Source of the DNA: Amoebidium appalachense
Taxonomy: Eukaryota; Protista; Ichthyosporea
Assembly (NCBI GenBank): GCA_963693365.1
Contig: CAVNZM010000018.1
Coordinates: 1,695,399-1,759,398, forward strand
Direction of reading: 5' to 3'
Length of the DNA: 64,000 nt
The position numbers and the translations under genes were made by a program. Each line of letters starts with the position of its first letter. Position 1 is the first letter of the stretch. Shown one piece after another: positions 46,317-58,949 of this stretch. The notes below the pieces were generated by a model that saw only the letters and a program-made list of their open reading frames with translations, ran no database searches and was not told the origin of the DNA.

Positions 46317-46810
46317 GCGCTGCATACAAAAAGACCCGAAGTGGAGTATACGACAAACCCAGCGCCAGCGCTTCATACCCAAAGTGGATACAATAAAAAG
46401 ACAGTTGCTGTGTGTGCAAAGCTGTGTGTGCAAAAAGAGGGGAAATAAGCGCTGCATACAAAAGCCCCGAAGTGGAGTATACGACAAACCCAGCGCCAGC
46501 GCTTCATACCCAAAGTGGATACAATAAAAAGACAGTTGCTGTGTGTGCAAAGCTGTGTGTGCAAAAAGAGGGGAAATAAGCGCTGCATACAAAAGCCCCG
46601 AAGTGGAGTATACGACAAACCCAGCGCCAGCGCTTCATACCCAAAGTGGATACAATAAAAAGACAGTTGCTGTGTGTGCAAAGCTGTGTGTGCAAAAAGA
46701 GGGGAAATAAGCGCTGCATACAAAAGCCCCGAAGTGGAGTATACGACAAACCCAGCGCCAGCGCTTCATACCCAAAGTGGATACAATAAAAAGACAGTTG
46801 CTGTGTGTGC
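46317..46810. repeat. Minisatellite, 131-bp unit, about 3.8 copies
   Basis: gcgctgcatacaaaa... units start at 46317, 46449, 46580 and 46711. Confidence 0.95.
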
Positions 46811-46821
46811 AATATACATCG

Positions 46822-47028
46822 ATAGACTTATGAAAGCACACAAACTGTGTGCCACACGGGCATGCATGCATGGGGAGGGAGTGTGGGGTGGGGGGGGAGG
46901 GGGGGAGGGGGGGGGGAGGGGGGGGGGGGGGGGGGGGGGAGACTTTGAACGTGCATAGACTTATGAAAGCACACAAACTGTGTGCCACACGGGCATGCAT
47001 GCATGGGGAGGGAGTGTGGGGTGGGGGG

Positions 47029-47065
<37 letters not shown>

Positions 47066-47156
47066 GACTTTGAACGTGCATGCAATAGACTTATGAAAGC
47101 ACACAAACTGTGTTCCACACGGGCATGCATGCATGGGGAGGGAGTGTGGGGTGGGG

Positions 47157-47188
<32 letters not shown>

Positions 47189-47431
47189 AGACTTTGAACG
47201 TGCATGCAATAGACTTATGAAAGCACACAAACTGTGTTCCACACGGGCATGCATGCATGGGGAGGGAGTGTGGGGTGGGGGGGGAGGGGGGGGGGGGGGG
47301 GGGAGACTTTGAACGTGCATGCAATAGACTTATGAAAGCACACAAACTGTGTTCCACACGGGCATGCATGCATGGGGAGGGAGTGTGGGGTGGGGGGGAG
47401 GGGGGGGGGGAGACTTTGAACGTGCATGCAA
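46822..47431. repeat. Minisatellite, 115-133-bp unit with a variable poly-G core, 5 copies
   Basis: atagacttatgaaagcacacaaactgtg...gagactttgaacgtgc units at 46822, 46955, 47085, 47209 and 47324. Confidence 0.95.
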
Positions 47432-47730
47432 GTGTGTACCAAAAGGGACCTGGACTTCTTTGTATACAATCGATATTTAATCGGTTGAAAACAGCAAAAC
47501 AAGACTTGTACATATATAATAACCACAAGATACTAAACCATCCAGAAGACTTGTACATATATAATAACCACAAATACTAAACCATCCAGAACCAGAAAAA
47601 CAAGATGCCTACATGGTGCTACCAGTATCAACAGTCATATATTAAAATACATCAGCCAGCCCCTGTGGCCATACCCAGCCCCTGACACATACAACAAAAT
47701 CAAAACACACCCCTCACCACTCCCAACCTC

Positions 47731-49122
47731 CTAATCTTGTTCGTCTTCGTGTTCATCACTGTCCGTGTGAATAACATGTACATCTGAAACTTTCTTTGCA
47801 CGTGTCCTGCCACTGCGGGCAGGGGCTGGTTTCTGACTCGGTTTTGGTTTCTTTGCTCGACCACTTTCTTTCCCTTTCTTCCCCTCGACCTTCTCGCCCA
47901 TACCCATCATGTCCTCCAATTCCTCATCTATTGCCGTCTCAAATGCCGTCTCTTCCTGGCGGTGCCGTTTGTACACACCGAAAGAAATATCTGACAGTCC
48001 TCTCTTTGAACCCTGGGGATATGCAGAGGGGTTCGACATCATGGAGGGAAGAGAGGCACCAAAAGTGCGGGATTGGGAAAAAGGTGCAGGAGTGCTGGTA
48101 ACGGTGGCGAGGGACGGATTGAAGGGGGGTACGGGCATGACAGAGGAGAAACCGGATGAGGGGAGGGCGAGAAGGGGCAGGGGGAGGTTGAGGGGGGTTT
48201 TGGGTTGAGTGGTACCGGGCGGGGGGAGGGTGGGGGTGGGATTTTGATTGGTCGTACCAGGGGGGGGGGGGGGGGGGGCGAGACCGTGTTGGACGGTAAT
48301 GTCGGGGAGGGGCTGGGGGTCATCTTTCCACCCACGAAGTTTCTGTGTGCTCTCGTCGATTGTTCTACGGTATGATTCCCTCATGGTCGCAATGTGTGAC
48401 TGAAGCCTGGTAATCTCGGCCCGGTATTTTTCCCCTTCAGCCTGATGTTCCAGGATATCGGCCACCTTTCCAACAAGCTGCCCTTCGAGGGAGGATATCG
48501 GCCACCTTTCCAACAAGCTGCCCTTCGAGGTCCCGATTCTTTTCCGATAACACCTGTTCCTTTGCATCTGCAAAGTGTTTTTGTTTGGCCGCCGCCGATT
48601 TTAGCTCGGCAATTTCCCCCTTAAGGATTTGGATGTCGTGATCCTTCGTTTGTAATTCTTTCTCTGCGGCTTCCAGCTTCTCCTGCAATTCGGTGGTTGG
48701 GGTGGTGACAGCGGGTGCAGTGGCCGCAGTACCGACCTTTGCCAATGCAGAGGCAATGGCACTGTCTACTTTCGACTGCAACACAGTCTCCAAGTACTCT
48801 TCGAACATTTTTGGATCGACGGGAGCAGTGTCGCCGGAGTGTGGGGGGGGGGTTGGATGGGGGGGGGATTTCGCCGCCGGAGTGTGGGGGGGGGTTGGAT
48901 GGGGGGGGGGGGATTTCGCCGCCGGAGTGTGGGGGGGGGTTGGATGGGGGGGGGATTTCGCCGCCGGAGTGTGGGGGGGGGGTTGGATGGGGGGGGGATT
49001 TCGCCGCCGGAGTGTGGGGGGGGGTTGGATGTGGGGAAGGCTTCCGATGTGACGGGGTCGGCGGACTTGCTGATGTTGGTTTCGTATGACCCCGACCCGG
49101 GAGTTTGCTGGGAATAATCCAT
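47731..49122 (-). pseudogene. Orphan coiled-coil/proline-rich protein gene, frameshifted
   Basis: ATG at 49122 (MDYSQQTPGSG). It encodes HSGGEIPPPSNPPP repeats with slipped C-runs, a coiled coil ELQEKLEAAEKELQTKDHDIQILKGEIAELK, and an acidic/basic tail. A 40-bp tandem duplication (48451-48530) shifts the frame between ORFs 48437-49465 and 47731-48573. Confidence 0.7.
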
Positions 49123-50610
49123 CGTGACAGTTTTCACAAAAAAAAAGGATAAACAAAGGGAAAAAAAGAAAGGAAGTCTTACGTTTCTCTGCGCAAACAC
49201 AGTCGTGTGCAAACCCAGTCGTGAACAAGGGAAAAAGGAAAAAAAAAAAACAAGGGAAAAAGGCAAAAAAAAAAAAAAAGAAAGTGCTACGAATACGATT
49301 CTCTGTTGTGAACAAAGGAAAAAGTAAAAAAAAGAGTGTTACGTTTCTCTGCGCAAACACAGTCCTGTGCAAACCCAGTCGTGAACAAGAGAAAAAGAAA
49401 AAAAAAAAGAGAGTGTTACGTTTCTCTAGGCAAACACCGTCGTGTGCAAACACAGCCATGAACAAAAGAATCAGAAAAGTAGAAAATGACAGCGCTGTGA
49501 ACTGATATAAAAAACCGCCATCAATTATTTATATGAAGCCATTGCGCAAAATACGATCTTATGTTACGAGAATCAAGCATAAGAAAAACAGAACTTTTTG
49601 GCGCTGTTAGTGAATATATCTCTAATCGTGTTTGGTTCACAGGTAAACTGTATAAAAAAGGTGAATATACGAAATAAAAATATAATATACAGGACAAAAC
49701 GAGCGCTAGTTTAAAACATCGAAGGATATACGCTTTCACAACATCTTATTCGCGGACCTTTTTACGTGCAAGCGTTTTGATTGGTGCATAGGGGTTGGTT
49801 CTTGCCCCACGTGATTCGCGGCGCTGATGCTCAGGGTATTCTGATTGAGCGAAATCGAAGCATCGGATTCAAATTAGGCAAATACAAAACGCTTTCCAAC
49901 CAAAATCCCAAGCGCATGGTTGTTTATTTATAGAACCTTATATGTCATAAAACATACAACCCTCTTTTAGGATTTCCCTTATTCCTTGCTCAGTCAAAAC
50001 GCTCCAGGGTCGGTGCTGCTATCAGTCACTAATTTCATTGGCCAGTCATCACGTAAATGCGCCAGCCAACAAAACCAATCGGTGATTGGTGAATAGTGGT
50101 TGGGTCAACGTGATCGGGCACTGGTACTCTAGGCAAGCGCTTATCGGCATTGGTACAATCTAGTTGGTCAATACACCGTGACTCAAGGCTGCAACGCTTT
50201 TCGAAGACCAGATTCACAGGACCCTTTCCAAACAAAATTCCAAGCAAATGTCTGTGTCCGCGTACAGTATAAATAAACATAAATAAATTATGCTTTTTTA
50301 ATATTTATTGCCTATTAGAATAAATCACAATTGTTACTCGCAAAAGGGTCTTGGTTGGGCAGGCTGGCCTTGCTACCCAAACTATTATTAGCCGATCTCA
50401 CTGATTAGCTTATTATCACGTACGCGCCAATCAGTGATTCCATTGGCCAAACTGAACAAAACATTAATTGGCCAGTCATCAAAAACGTGATTTTCTTGAT
50501 TGCTTCAAGCTTTGCGAAATGAGAATATATGTTCAACACTCTCTTTGCGCTCTATATACAACGGAGAAATTACAAGAGTCCATCTTGATTCCCGAACGAA
50601 CAAATATAAC

Positions 50611-50869
50611 CAAGCGCACCACACCAGTTCGTGTTACTTTCGCCCGGCGCTGCTGTTGTACATGTTTCAAACATAACCAAGCGCGCCACACCAATTCGTG
50701 TCACTTTCGCCCAGCGCTGCTGTTGTGCATGTTTCAAACGTAATCAGGCGCACCACATCAGTTCGTGTCACTTTCGCCCAGCGCTGCTGTTGTGCATGTT
50801 TCAAACATAATCAAGCGCACCACACCAGTTCGTGTCACTTTCGCCCGGCGCTGCTGTTGTACATGTTTC
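50611..50869. repeat. Minisatellite, about 67-bp unit, 4 copies
   Basis: caagcgcaccacaccagttcgtgtcactttcgcccggcgctgctgttgtacatgtttcaaacataa repeated. Confidence 0.93.
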
Positions 50870-51169
50870 CATTGTAATTACAAATAGGCTAGATTGCCAA
50901 AAACAGAACGAAAACAACAAAGAAACTTGTTATAATAACCTGTGCACACCGCGCTATCAGTTGTCCCCTTTTTTAGCCAATACAGATACATAGAATTTCC
51001 TTCATGTTTCCCTGTGCGAGGCACATTTTAGGCTTATGCACACAATCGTAGATTGTTTGGGATACGAAAACAGAGCACACACACAAACGAGTTCTGCTAA
51101 ACACAAACATTGTTAGACTGGACACAAAAAACATAGCGCGCGCATGCACGAGCTTTCCTAGGAACGATT

Positions 51170-51287
<118 letters not shown>

Positions 51288-51598
51288 AAGCACGAGCGCT
51301 ACAACACGGTGGCACAAGCACACAGACAGAGCGCTCTCACAGACAGTCTTACAGGCAGAGGGTGCTCACAATTACACACATCACAAAAACACACACAGCA
51401 ACATGGCTGTTAACGGCAATATTCTGGCGCTCATCACTCGTGCATTCCCGAGCACCATACCACTCAACCCACCCACATTTAGGCTTTCGAACGACGTTGA
51501 TCCGTCAGTTATATTTACCGGTGAAAGGCTACTCACACGTCAGAGTATTTATCGTCATCCTCAAAAAAAAAAAACTCGCACCGATCATATATTTGGTG

Positions 51599-52890
51599 AT
51601 GCCAACGGGTTCAGAACATGTTTATGTTTTTTTGATTGAACTGGACGACGGACGTCCTAGTTGCAGGAAGAACTACAACCTACACAAATTCGAAAACGAC
51701 ATGGGCATCCCGGCAGTTGTAGCCTGGATTCTCAGATTTGGTGGTCCTCGATGGAAGATTTATGATCTTCACAGCTATCATCCGTTTTCGAGTGAGGGTT
51801 GGGCGGTGAAGCTCGGTCGCATTTCTCTGTATCCTGGCAGTAACGACTACAGTCGCATACCTGCCGTGGTGGGTACTTTGCCGGGGGAGTTCCAGATTTG
51901 TCGCATGTTCAAAAAGCACGGATGGAAAGTGTGGTGGGATGGGGCTGCACGTAGCCCCCCAGGCAGCCCCGCTTTCAAGCTACCTGCACCGACGAGTGAC
52001 CGACCGAGAAAGCGGGCAAGAGTGGAGGGGGGAGAGGGAGGGGGTGGGGAGGGGGGGAGAGGGAGGGGGTGGGGAGGGGGGGGGGGGAGAGGGAGGGGGG
52101 TGGGGAGGGGGGGGGAGAGGGGGAGGGAGAGGGGGGAGAGGGGGGGGGGAGGGGGGGGAGAGGGGGAGGGAGAGGGAGAGGGTGGGGGTGGGGAGGGGGG
52201 AGAGGGGGAGGGGGAGGGAGAGGGAGAGGGTGGGGGTGGGGAGGGGGGAGAGGGGGAGGGGGAGGGAGAGGGAGAGGGTGGGGGTGGGGAGGGGGGAGAG
52301 GGGGAGGGGGAGGGAGAGGGAGAGGGTGGGGATGGGGGGAGGGAGAGGGAGGGGCAGAGGGGGCAGAGGGCTACCGCCACACCCGCAACACATCTCCTTG
52401 GGATTTCAGGCCGGGTAACCCCCCCCCCCCCCCCAACACACAAGCCATTACACGTCTGCACGCATGCATGCACCTGGGCTATCCCCCCTCTCCCCGCACA
52501 CACACGGAAGGGATCACACGTCTGCACGCACACATGCACCTGGGCTATCCCCCCTCTCCCCGCACACACACGGAAGGGATCACACGTCTGCACGCACGCA
52601 TGCACCTGGGCTATCCCCCCGCTCCCCCCCCTCCCCCCCCCCCCCAACACACAAGCCATTACACGTCTGCACGCATGCATGCACCTGGGCTATCCCCCCT
52701 CTCCCCGCACACACACGGAAGGGATCACACGTCTGCACGCATGCATGCACCTGGGCTATCCCCCCTCTCCCCGCACACACACGGAAGGGATCACACGTCT
52801 GCACGCATGCATGCACCTGGGCTATCCCCCCTCTCCCCGCACACACACGGAAGGGATCACACGTCTGCACGCACGCATGCACCTGGGCTA

Positions 52891-52964
<74 letters not shown>

Positions 52965-55900
52965 CACACAAGCCATTACACGTCTGCACGCATGCATGCA
53001 CCTGGGCACCTCGACTAGTCCCCGCCACACACACCCAACCACCACCACCACCACACACATACACACAGAGAGAGAGAGAGAGAGAGAGAGCACACACCTG
53101 CACACGTGCATCCACCTTGGCTAATCCTACCCCCCACCCCGACACACACGCACACGCACACCCGGCACAAACATGCACACACACCCGGCACACACGTGCA
53201 CACACGCATGGCACACACACACACACACACAGAGCAAGAAGCGGAGGAGGCGGATAGGGGGCAACAGCAGGGGGCGGAGACAGGGGAGTCGGTGGGGTTC
53301 ACCGAGGTACCCGTGAAACATCTCAGCCAACTGCAGTTAGAAAAGCTCTCATTTGAGACGATAGTTAGGGTAATGGAAAAACGACACGGGGTTCGGGCAG
53401 CTGGTGCCGTCAAGTTCATGCTTCCCGAACCGGTAGTGCAGGGGCTGAAAGAGGCTGCTTGGGCCACACCAGTGAGAAAATCCTACACCAAGATCTGTCT
53501 GGAGGCTACCGCCATCAAGGATGTCTTCCTCGTTTATAGGGAGGACATCAAAGAGCAAATTCCAGAGGTGCGTATTTGCAACCATTAGGGTATGGTTACC
53601 GTGAACAGGAGCTAACACGATTGAGCAGGGGGACCCGTTGGATGAGGAGGAGTTCTGGGGGCTATTGGACTGCTTACCGGAAACTTACAGTAAAATGTTC
53701 TTTTACGGAACGGATCTGACACCTCTTAAAAACACCCATACACCCAGTGAGGTACGTGTGTGTCATGTGTGTGTATGTGCGTGTGTTTGTGCAGAGGGTG
53801 CATGTTGTGTAGGCATGGGTGTATTCGTGTGTGTGTGCAGCAGAGGGTGCATGTTGTGTAGGCATGGGTGTATTCGTGTGTGTGCAGCAGAGGGTGCATG
53901 TTGTGTAGGCATGGGTGTATTCGTGTGTGTGCAGCAGAGGGTGCATGTTGTGTAGGCATGGGTGTATTCGTGTGTGTGCAGCAGAGGGTGCATGTTGTGT
54001 AGGCATGGGTGTATTCGTGTGTGTGCAGCAGAGGGTGCATGTTGTGTAGGCATGGGTGTATTCGTGTGTGTGCAGCAGAGGGTGCATGTTGTGTAGGCAT
54101 GGGTGTATTCGTGTGTGTGCAGCAGAGGGTGCATGTTGTGTAGGCATGGGTGTATTCGTGTGTGTGCAGCTGAGGGTGCATGTTGTGTAGGCATGGGTGT
54201 ATTCGTGTGTGTGCAGCAGAGGGTGCATGTTGTGTAGGCATGGGTGTATTCGTGTGTGTGCAGCAGAGGGTGCATGTTGTGTAGGCATGGGTGTATTCGT
54301 GTGTGTGCAGCTGAGGGTGCATGTTGTGTAGGCATGGGTGTATTCGTGTGTGTGCAGCAGAGGGTGCATGTTGTGTAGGCATGGGTGTATTCGTGTGTGT
54401 GCAGCAGAGGGTGCATGTTGTGAAGGCATGGGTGTATTCGTGTGTGTGCAGCAGAGGGTGCATGTTGTGTAGGCATGGGTGTATTCGTGTGTGTGCAGCA
54501 GAGGGTGCATGTTGTGTAGGCATGGGTGTATTCGTGTGTGTGCAGCAGAGGGTGCATGTTGTGTAGGCATGGGTGTATTCGTGTGTGTGCAGCAGAGGGT
54601 GCATGTTGTGTAGGCATGGGTGTATTCGTGTGTGTGCAGCAGAGGGTGCATGTTGTGTAGGCATGGGTGTATTCGTGTGTGTGCAGCAGAGGGTGCATGT
54701 TGTGAAGGCATGGGTGTATTCGTGTGTGTGCAGCAGAGGGTGCATGTTGTGTAGGCATGGGTGTATTCGTGTGTGTGCAGCAGAGGGCGCATGTTGTGTA
54801 GGCATGGGTGTATTCGTGTGTGTGCAGCAGAGGGTGCATGTTGTGAAGGCATGGGTGTATTCGTGTGTGTGCAGCAGAGGGTGCATGTTGTGTAGGCATG
54901 GGTGTATTCGTGTGTGTGCAGCAGAGGGTGCATGTTGTGTAGGCATGGGTGTATTCGTGTGTGTGCAGCAGAGGGTGCATGTTGTGAAGGCATGGGTGTA
55001 TTCGTGTGTGTGCAGCAGAGGGTGCATGTTGTGTAGGCATGGGTGTATTCGTGTGTGTGCAGCAGAGGGTGCATGTTGTGAAGGCATGGGTGTATTCGTG
55101 TGTGTGCAGCAGAGGGTGCATGTTGTGTAGGCATGGGTGTATTCGTGTGTGTGCAGCAGAGGGTGCATGTTGTGTAGGCATGGGTGTATTCGTGTGTGTG
55201 CAGCAGAGGGTGCATGTTGTGAAGGCATGGGTGTATTCGTGTGTGTGCAGCAGAGGGTGCATGTTGTGTAGGCATGGGTGTATTCGTGTGTGTGCAGCAG
55301 AGGGTGCATGTTGTGTAGGCATGGGTGTATTCGTGTGTGTGTGCAGCAGAGGGTGCATGTTGTGTAGGCATGGGTGTATTCGTGTGTGTGTGCAGCAGAG
55401 GGTGCATGTTGTGTAGGCATGGGTGTATTCGTGTGTGTGCAGCAGAGGGTGCATGTTGTGTAAGCATGGGTGTATTCGTGTGTGTGCAGCAGAGGGTGCA
55501 TGTTGTGAAGGCATGGGTGTATTCGTGTGTGTGCAGCAGAGGGTGCATGTTGTGTAGGCATGGGTGTATTCGTGTGTGTGCAGCAGAGGGTGCATGTTGT
55601 GTAGGCATGGGTGTATTCGTGTGTGTGCTTGTGTAGGCATGGGTGTGTGCGTGTGTTTGTGCGGAGAGTGTATGTTGTGTTGATGCAATGTGGTGTGTGT
55701 ACAGGTAGTGAGGGAAGAAATCGACTACATGTTCAGCTTGGAGACGCTGGGCTCGATTGTATCGAGAGAGTTCCAGAACTGTGAGGGCATCTCAACACCG
55801 ATGCTCTATAAGTATGCCCCCCCACCCCTTCCCCCCCCCCAAAAAAAAACACAACAACAAACAACAAAGGGAAAAAAGGCAGGTTTGCAGAATGCCCCTT

Positions 55901-56727
55901 TTGTTCACAGAACCATCCTGGGTGTATGTGTATGGGTCAGGTCTTCTCGGAATGTATTGGATCACATCGAAGTCGGAACTAATTATTAACCCCAATCACA
56001 TGCCTCCTTGCAGTGTCACGACGGGGTCTCCGTTTGTGCCCCACACAGAAGACGTTCTGCTCGGAAGTGTCAACATCATGACCCGTGGGCCCGGAGACAA
56101 AAGCTGGTATATAATCAGTGCAGAGTACAATGGACAGGTCACGTCTATCCTTGAGGATATCTACAAGAGGCTTGGCCTTTCGGGGGCCGGTATCTGCAAG
56201 AAAGTCACACAGCATAAGGTAATCCCTCACCCCCCCCCCCCCCAAAAAAAAAAAAAACAAAAAAAAAAACGACCACACACACAACAGAGGACTACAAGAA
56301 GAGAGAGAGAGGGAGTGGTAGACACTGACGTGAATGACGTGAAGAACAAAAAACAAAAAAGCACTTACAAAAACGACCACCCGGTTTTTCATATGACTAA
56401 CATGTGGGTGGGACAGTCTGTGTTCATCCACCCCCGTTACTTGATGAAGAAGGGTGTTCCTGTGCAGCACACGGTTCAGCAGGCCGGCGAGGTCATCTAC
56501 ACATTGCCTGGGGCATACCACTTTGGGTATGCTACTGGTAGCAGCTTGGCCGAGGCGGTAAATTTTGCCACGGTCAACTGGCTTGTGGTCGCTGGCAAGA
56601 AGCCCCCCCGGCATGCACGTGTGGCTACACTGACAGGAAACACGTTTTCAAGGTAACCCCCCCTCCCCCCCCCTCCCCCCCCCCCAAAAAAAAAAAAAAA
56701 AAAAAAAAACACGTAACACACACACAC

Positions 56728-56824
<97 letters not shown>

Positions 56825-57151
56825 ATGCCCTAGCATTCACAATTACATGTAGGGGTTCGTAAAAACGGTTTTTTGGGTCCTTGCAGAGTTTTTCTTGACC
56901 TGGTCCACACGTAGGAGTTCGTTTTCTGTGGGTGTGTGCCATGGTGGTGTAGTGGTGGGTGCGTGGGTGTGTTTGAGGTAATGGCATACAGTGATGTCTG
57001 AGCCTTGCATAAACAAATCACCTGGCTGGACTACTACTTACACCCAACTATCAACCCACAGGTGTCCCCTGCACAGTGGAAAAAGCTGAGAGAGAAGTAC
57101 AAGGCTGACATCAAGGAGTTCGAGGAGGAAGCCAAAATGAATGTGGCCTAG
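51599..57151 (+). CDS. Divergent KDM4-like JmjN/JmjC histone demethylase, about 7 exons, with homopolymer frameshift(s)
   Basis: Exons 51599-52414 (tentative), 53233-53567 (GAVKFMLP, JmjN-like), 53629-53751 (EEEFW..FYGTD), 55705-55811 (EGISTPMLY), 56014-56218 (FVPHTED..SVNIM..KSWY..C..QHK), 56417-56652 (QQAGEVIYTLPGAYHFG..AEAVNFA..W), 57062-57151. One extra C in the C7 run at 56603-56609 restores PPACTCG and the phase of the last exon. Confidence 0.85.
52436..53010. repeat. Intronic minisatellite, 66-bp unit, about 8 copies
   Basis: cacgtctgcacgcatgcatgcacctgggctatcccccctctccccgcacacacacggaagggatca repeated. Confidence 0.93.
53790..55640. repeat. Intronic minisatellite, 47-bp unit, about 39 copies
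   Basis: gcagcagagggtgcatgttgtgtaggcatgggtgtattcgtgtgtgt fills the JmjC intron 53752-55704. Confidence 0.98.
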
Positions 57152-57620
57152 GGTTTGTGGTGGGTGCGGTGGGGGAAACGTAGTTGTAGTGGTGGCGGCG
57201 GGTAGGCCCCACATTCACATCTTACTTAGGGTTTGTGGTGGGTGCGGTGGGGGAAACGTAGTTGTAGTGGTGGCGGCGGGTAGGCCCCACATTCACATCT
57301 TACTTAGGGTTTGTGGTGGGTGCGGTGGGGGAAACGTAGTTGTAGTAGTGGTGGCGGCGGGTAGGCCCCACATTCACATCTTACTTAGGGTTTGTGGTGG
57401 GTGCGGTGGGGGAAACGTAGTTGTAGTGGTGGCGGCGGGTAGGCCCCACATTCACATCTTACTTAGGGTTTGTGGTGGGTGCGGTGGGGGAAACGTAGTT
57501 GTAGTGGTGGCGGCGGGTAGGCCCCACATTCACATCTTACTTAGGGTTTGTGGTGGGTGCGGTGGGGGAAACGTATTTGTGGTGGTGTGGGCAGTAGGCA
57601 CACATCCACATCTATAGGGG
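57149..57620. repeat. Minisatellite, 78-bp unit, about 6 copies, starting at the JmjC stop codon
   Basis: tagggtttgtggtgggtgcggtgggggaaacgtagttgtagtggtggcggcgggtaggccccacattcacatcttact repeated. Confidence 0.95.
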
Positions 57621-57870
57621 TTTGTGATGGGTGTGGTGGAGGAAAGACGTGGTACAAAGTTTTCATACCAAGTTTTCTGTAATGTTTATTCGAATGTGAT
57701 CTGCTTCAATCTTATCCAAATTTTCATGTATATTGTATTTGCCCGGTAACAGTACCAAGTTTCCGTAATGATTATTGAATGTATTTGCCCGTGGTAGCGG
57801 GAGAGACTCCATTTAATATACCCCAAGTCTCCTTTTCAATCTGTGTACAAGCACACTGGCACGTACATTG

Positions 57871-57943
<73 letters not shown>

Positions 57944-58156
57944 CACACAATGATACACATGCTACCAAGTTTTCATTGAACGGTGTAGGGGAGGGGGGGG
58001 GGGGGGGGGGGGAGATAGACTCCAGCTCATCAAAATTAAACATCCCAACAGATTCTCTCGTCATTTACATTTTCCATGTTTGTGGAGATTCTCTCGTCAT
58101 TTACATTTTCCATGTTTGTGGTGTGAGTCCATTCATCCTTTGGCTTGTGTAGGTCT

Positions 58157-58417
58157 CTATGCATCCTCAGGCTCCATCATCTTCTGCAGTACAATTGCTG
58201 TCTGTCGTTGATTCTTCGGCACCCACTTCTTGAATCCACACTTCTCCGCCAACTCATCGGGCAGATCTATATAGCCCTTTTCCGCAAGCTCTTGTGCGTA
58301 TGCTCGTTGCTCCATCTGCGTCCGCCGGGTGGTGGCCTCGGTCGGCACAATAGTTGCCTGCACCACGGGTGCCTTGCCGGGCTCCTCCTTCAGCTTGTAC
58401 TCCCATCGGTACGCCAT
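58157..58417 (-). CDS. Orphan 86-aa protein
   Basis: ATG-to-stop ORF with normal composition, only 36 bp downstream of the co-oriented Cys-rich ORF. Confidence 0.55.
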   Translation of the reverse strand: MAYRWEYKLKEEPGKAPVVQATIVPTEATTRRTQMEQRAYAQELAEKGYIDLPDELAEKCGFKKWVPKNQRQTAIVLQKMMEPEDA

Positions 58418-58453
58418 ACTCTATGCCACAAAAATCTCTGCTCACCCAACCCT

Positions 58454-58846
58454 TCAAGTGCGCTCCTTGATCACCACCGCAGGCGCATGCGCACACGTGG
58501 GGCACGCCGGGCACTTCTGCTCGGGCGGGCAGCGCGTGCATGCGGGGCACTGTGCGCACCGGGCGGGGCTGGCACCGCACACGTGGCAGCGGGGGCAGTG
58601 CGCACACTTGCGGCGGGGAACGCAGCTGCCGCAGCTGGCACACATTGGGCACGCGCGCTGGCACTTGAGCACTGCCAGGCGCCGCCGCACACGTGGGCTG
58701 AACGTGTCCCAGAGCACGTAGAGGATCAGGCCGGCCAGGATGGCCAATAGGATGGGGGAGGGCCCGGGGGTGCTGCGCGGGCTTGTGCGGATCGGGGGAG
58801 GGGGTGCGAATGGGCTGGGTGGGGGAAGGGGTGCGCCAGCGTCCAT
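58454..58846 (-). CDS. Single-pass membrane protein with a CxxC/CPxC-rich tail, 130 aa
   Basis: TM segment ILLAILAGLILYVLW, a basic RVRRR stop-transfer, then CPMCASCGSC..CAHCPRCHVC..CAQCPACTRC..CPACPTC. Confidence 0.7.
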   Translation of the reverse strand: MDAGAPLPPPSPFAPPPPIRTSPRSTPGPSPILLAILAGLILYVLWDTFSPRVRRRLAVLKCQRACPMCASCGSCVPRRKCAHCPRCHVCGASPARCAQCPACTRCPPEQKCPACPTCAHAPAVVIKERT

Positions 58847-58906
58847 GTTACCCGGTGCACGATATAATGTGGGGTTGGGGTTGTGCGGGTAGATGGGAGG
58901 AGGGTT

Positions 58907-58949
<43 letters not shown>

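Noticed and set aside
53674-55688. Three overlapping 611-644-aa minus-strand ORFs
   Set aside because: They are translations of the 47-bp intronic minisatellite, which lacks stops on that strand.
57149-57620. TTAGGG telomere-like motif in the 78-bp array
   Set aside because: Only one hexamer occurs per unit; this is not a telomeric tract.
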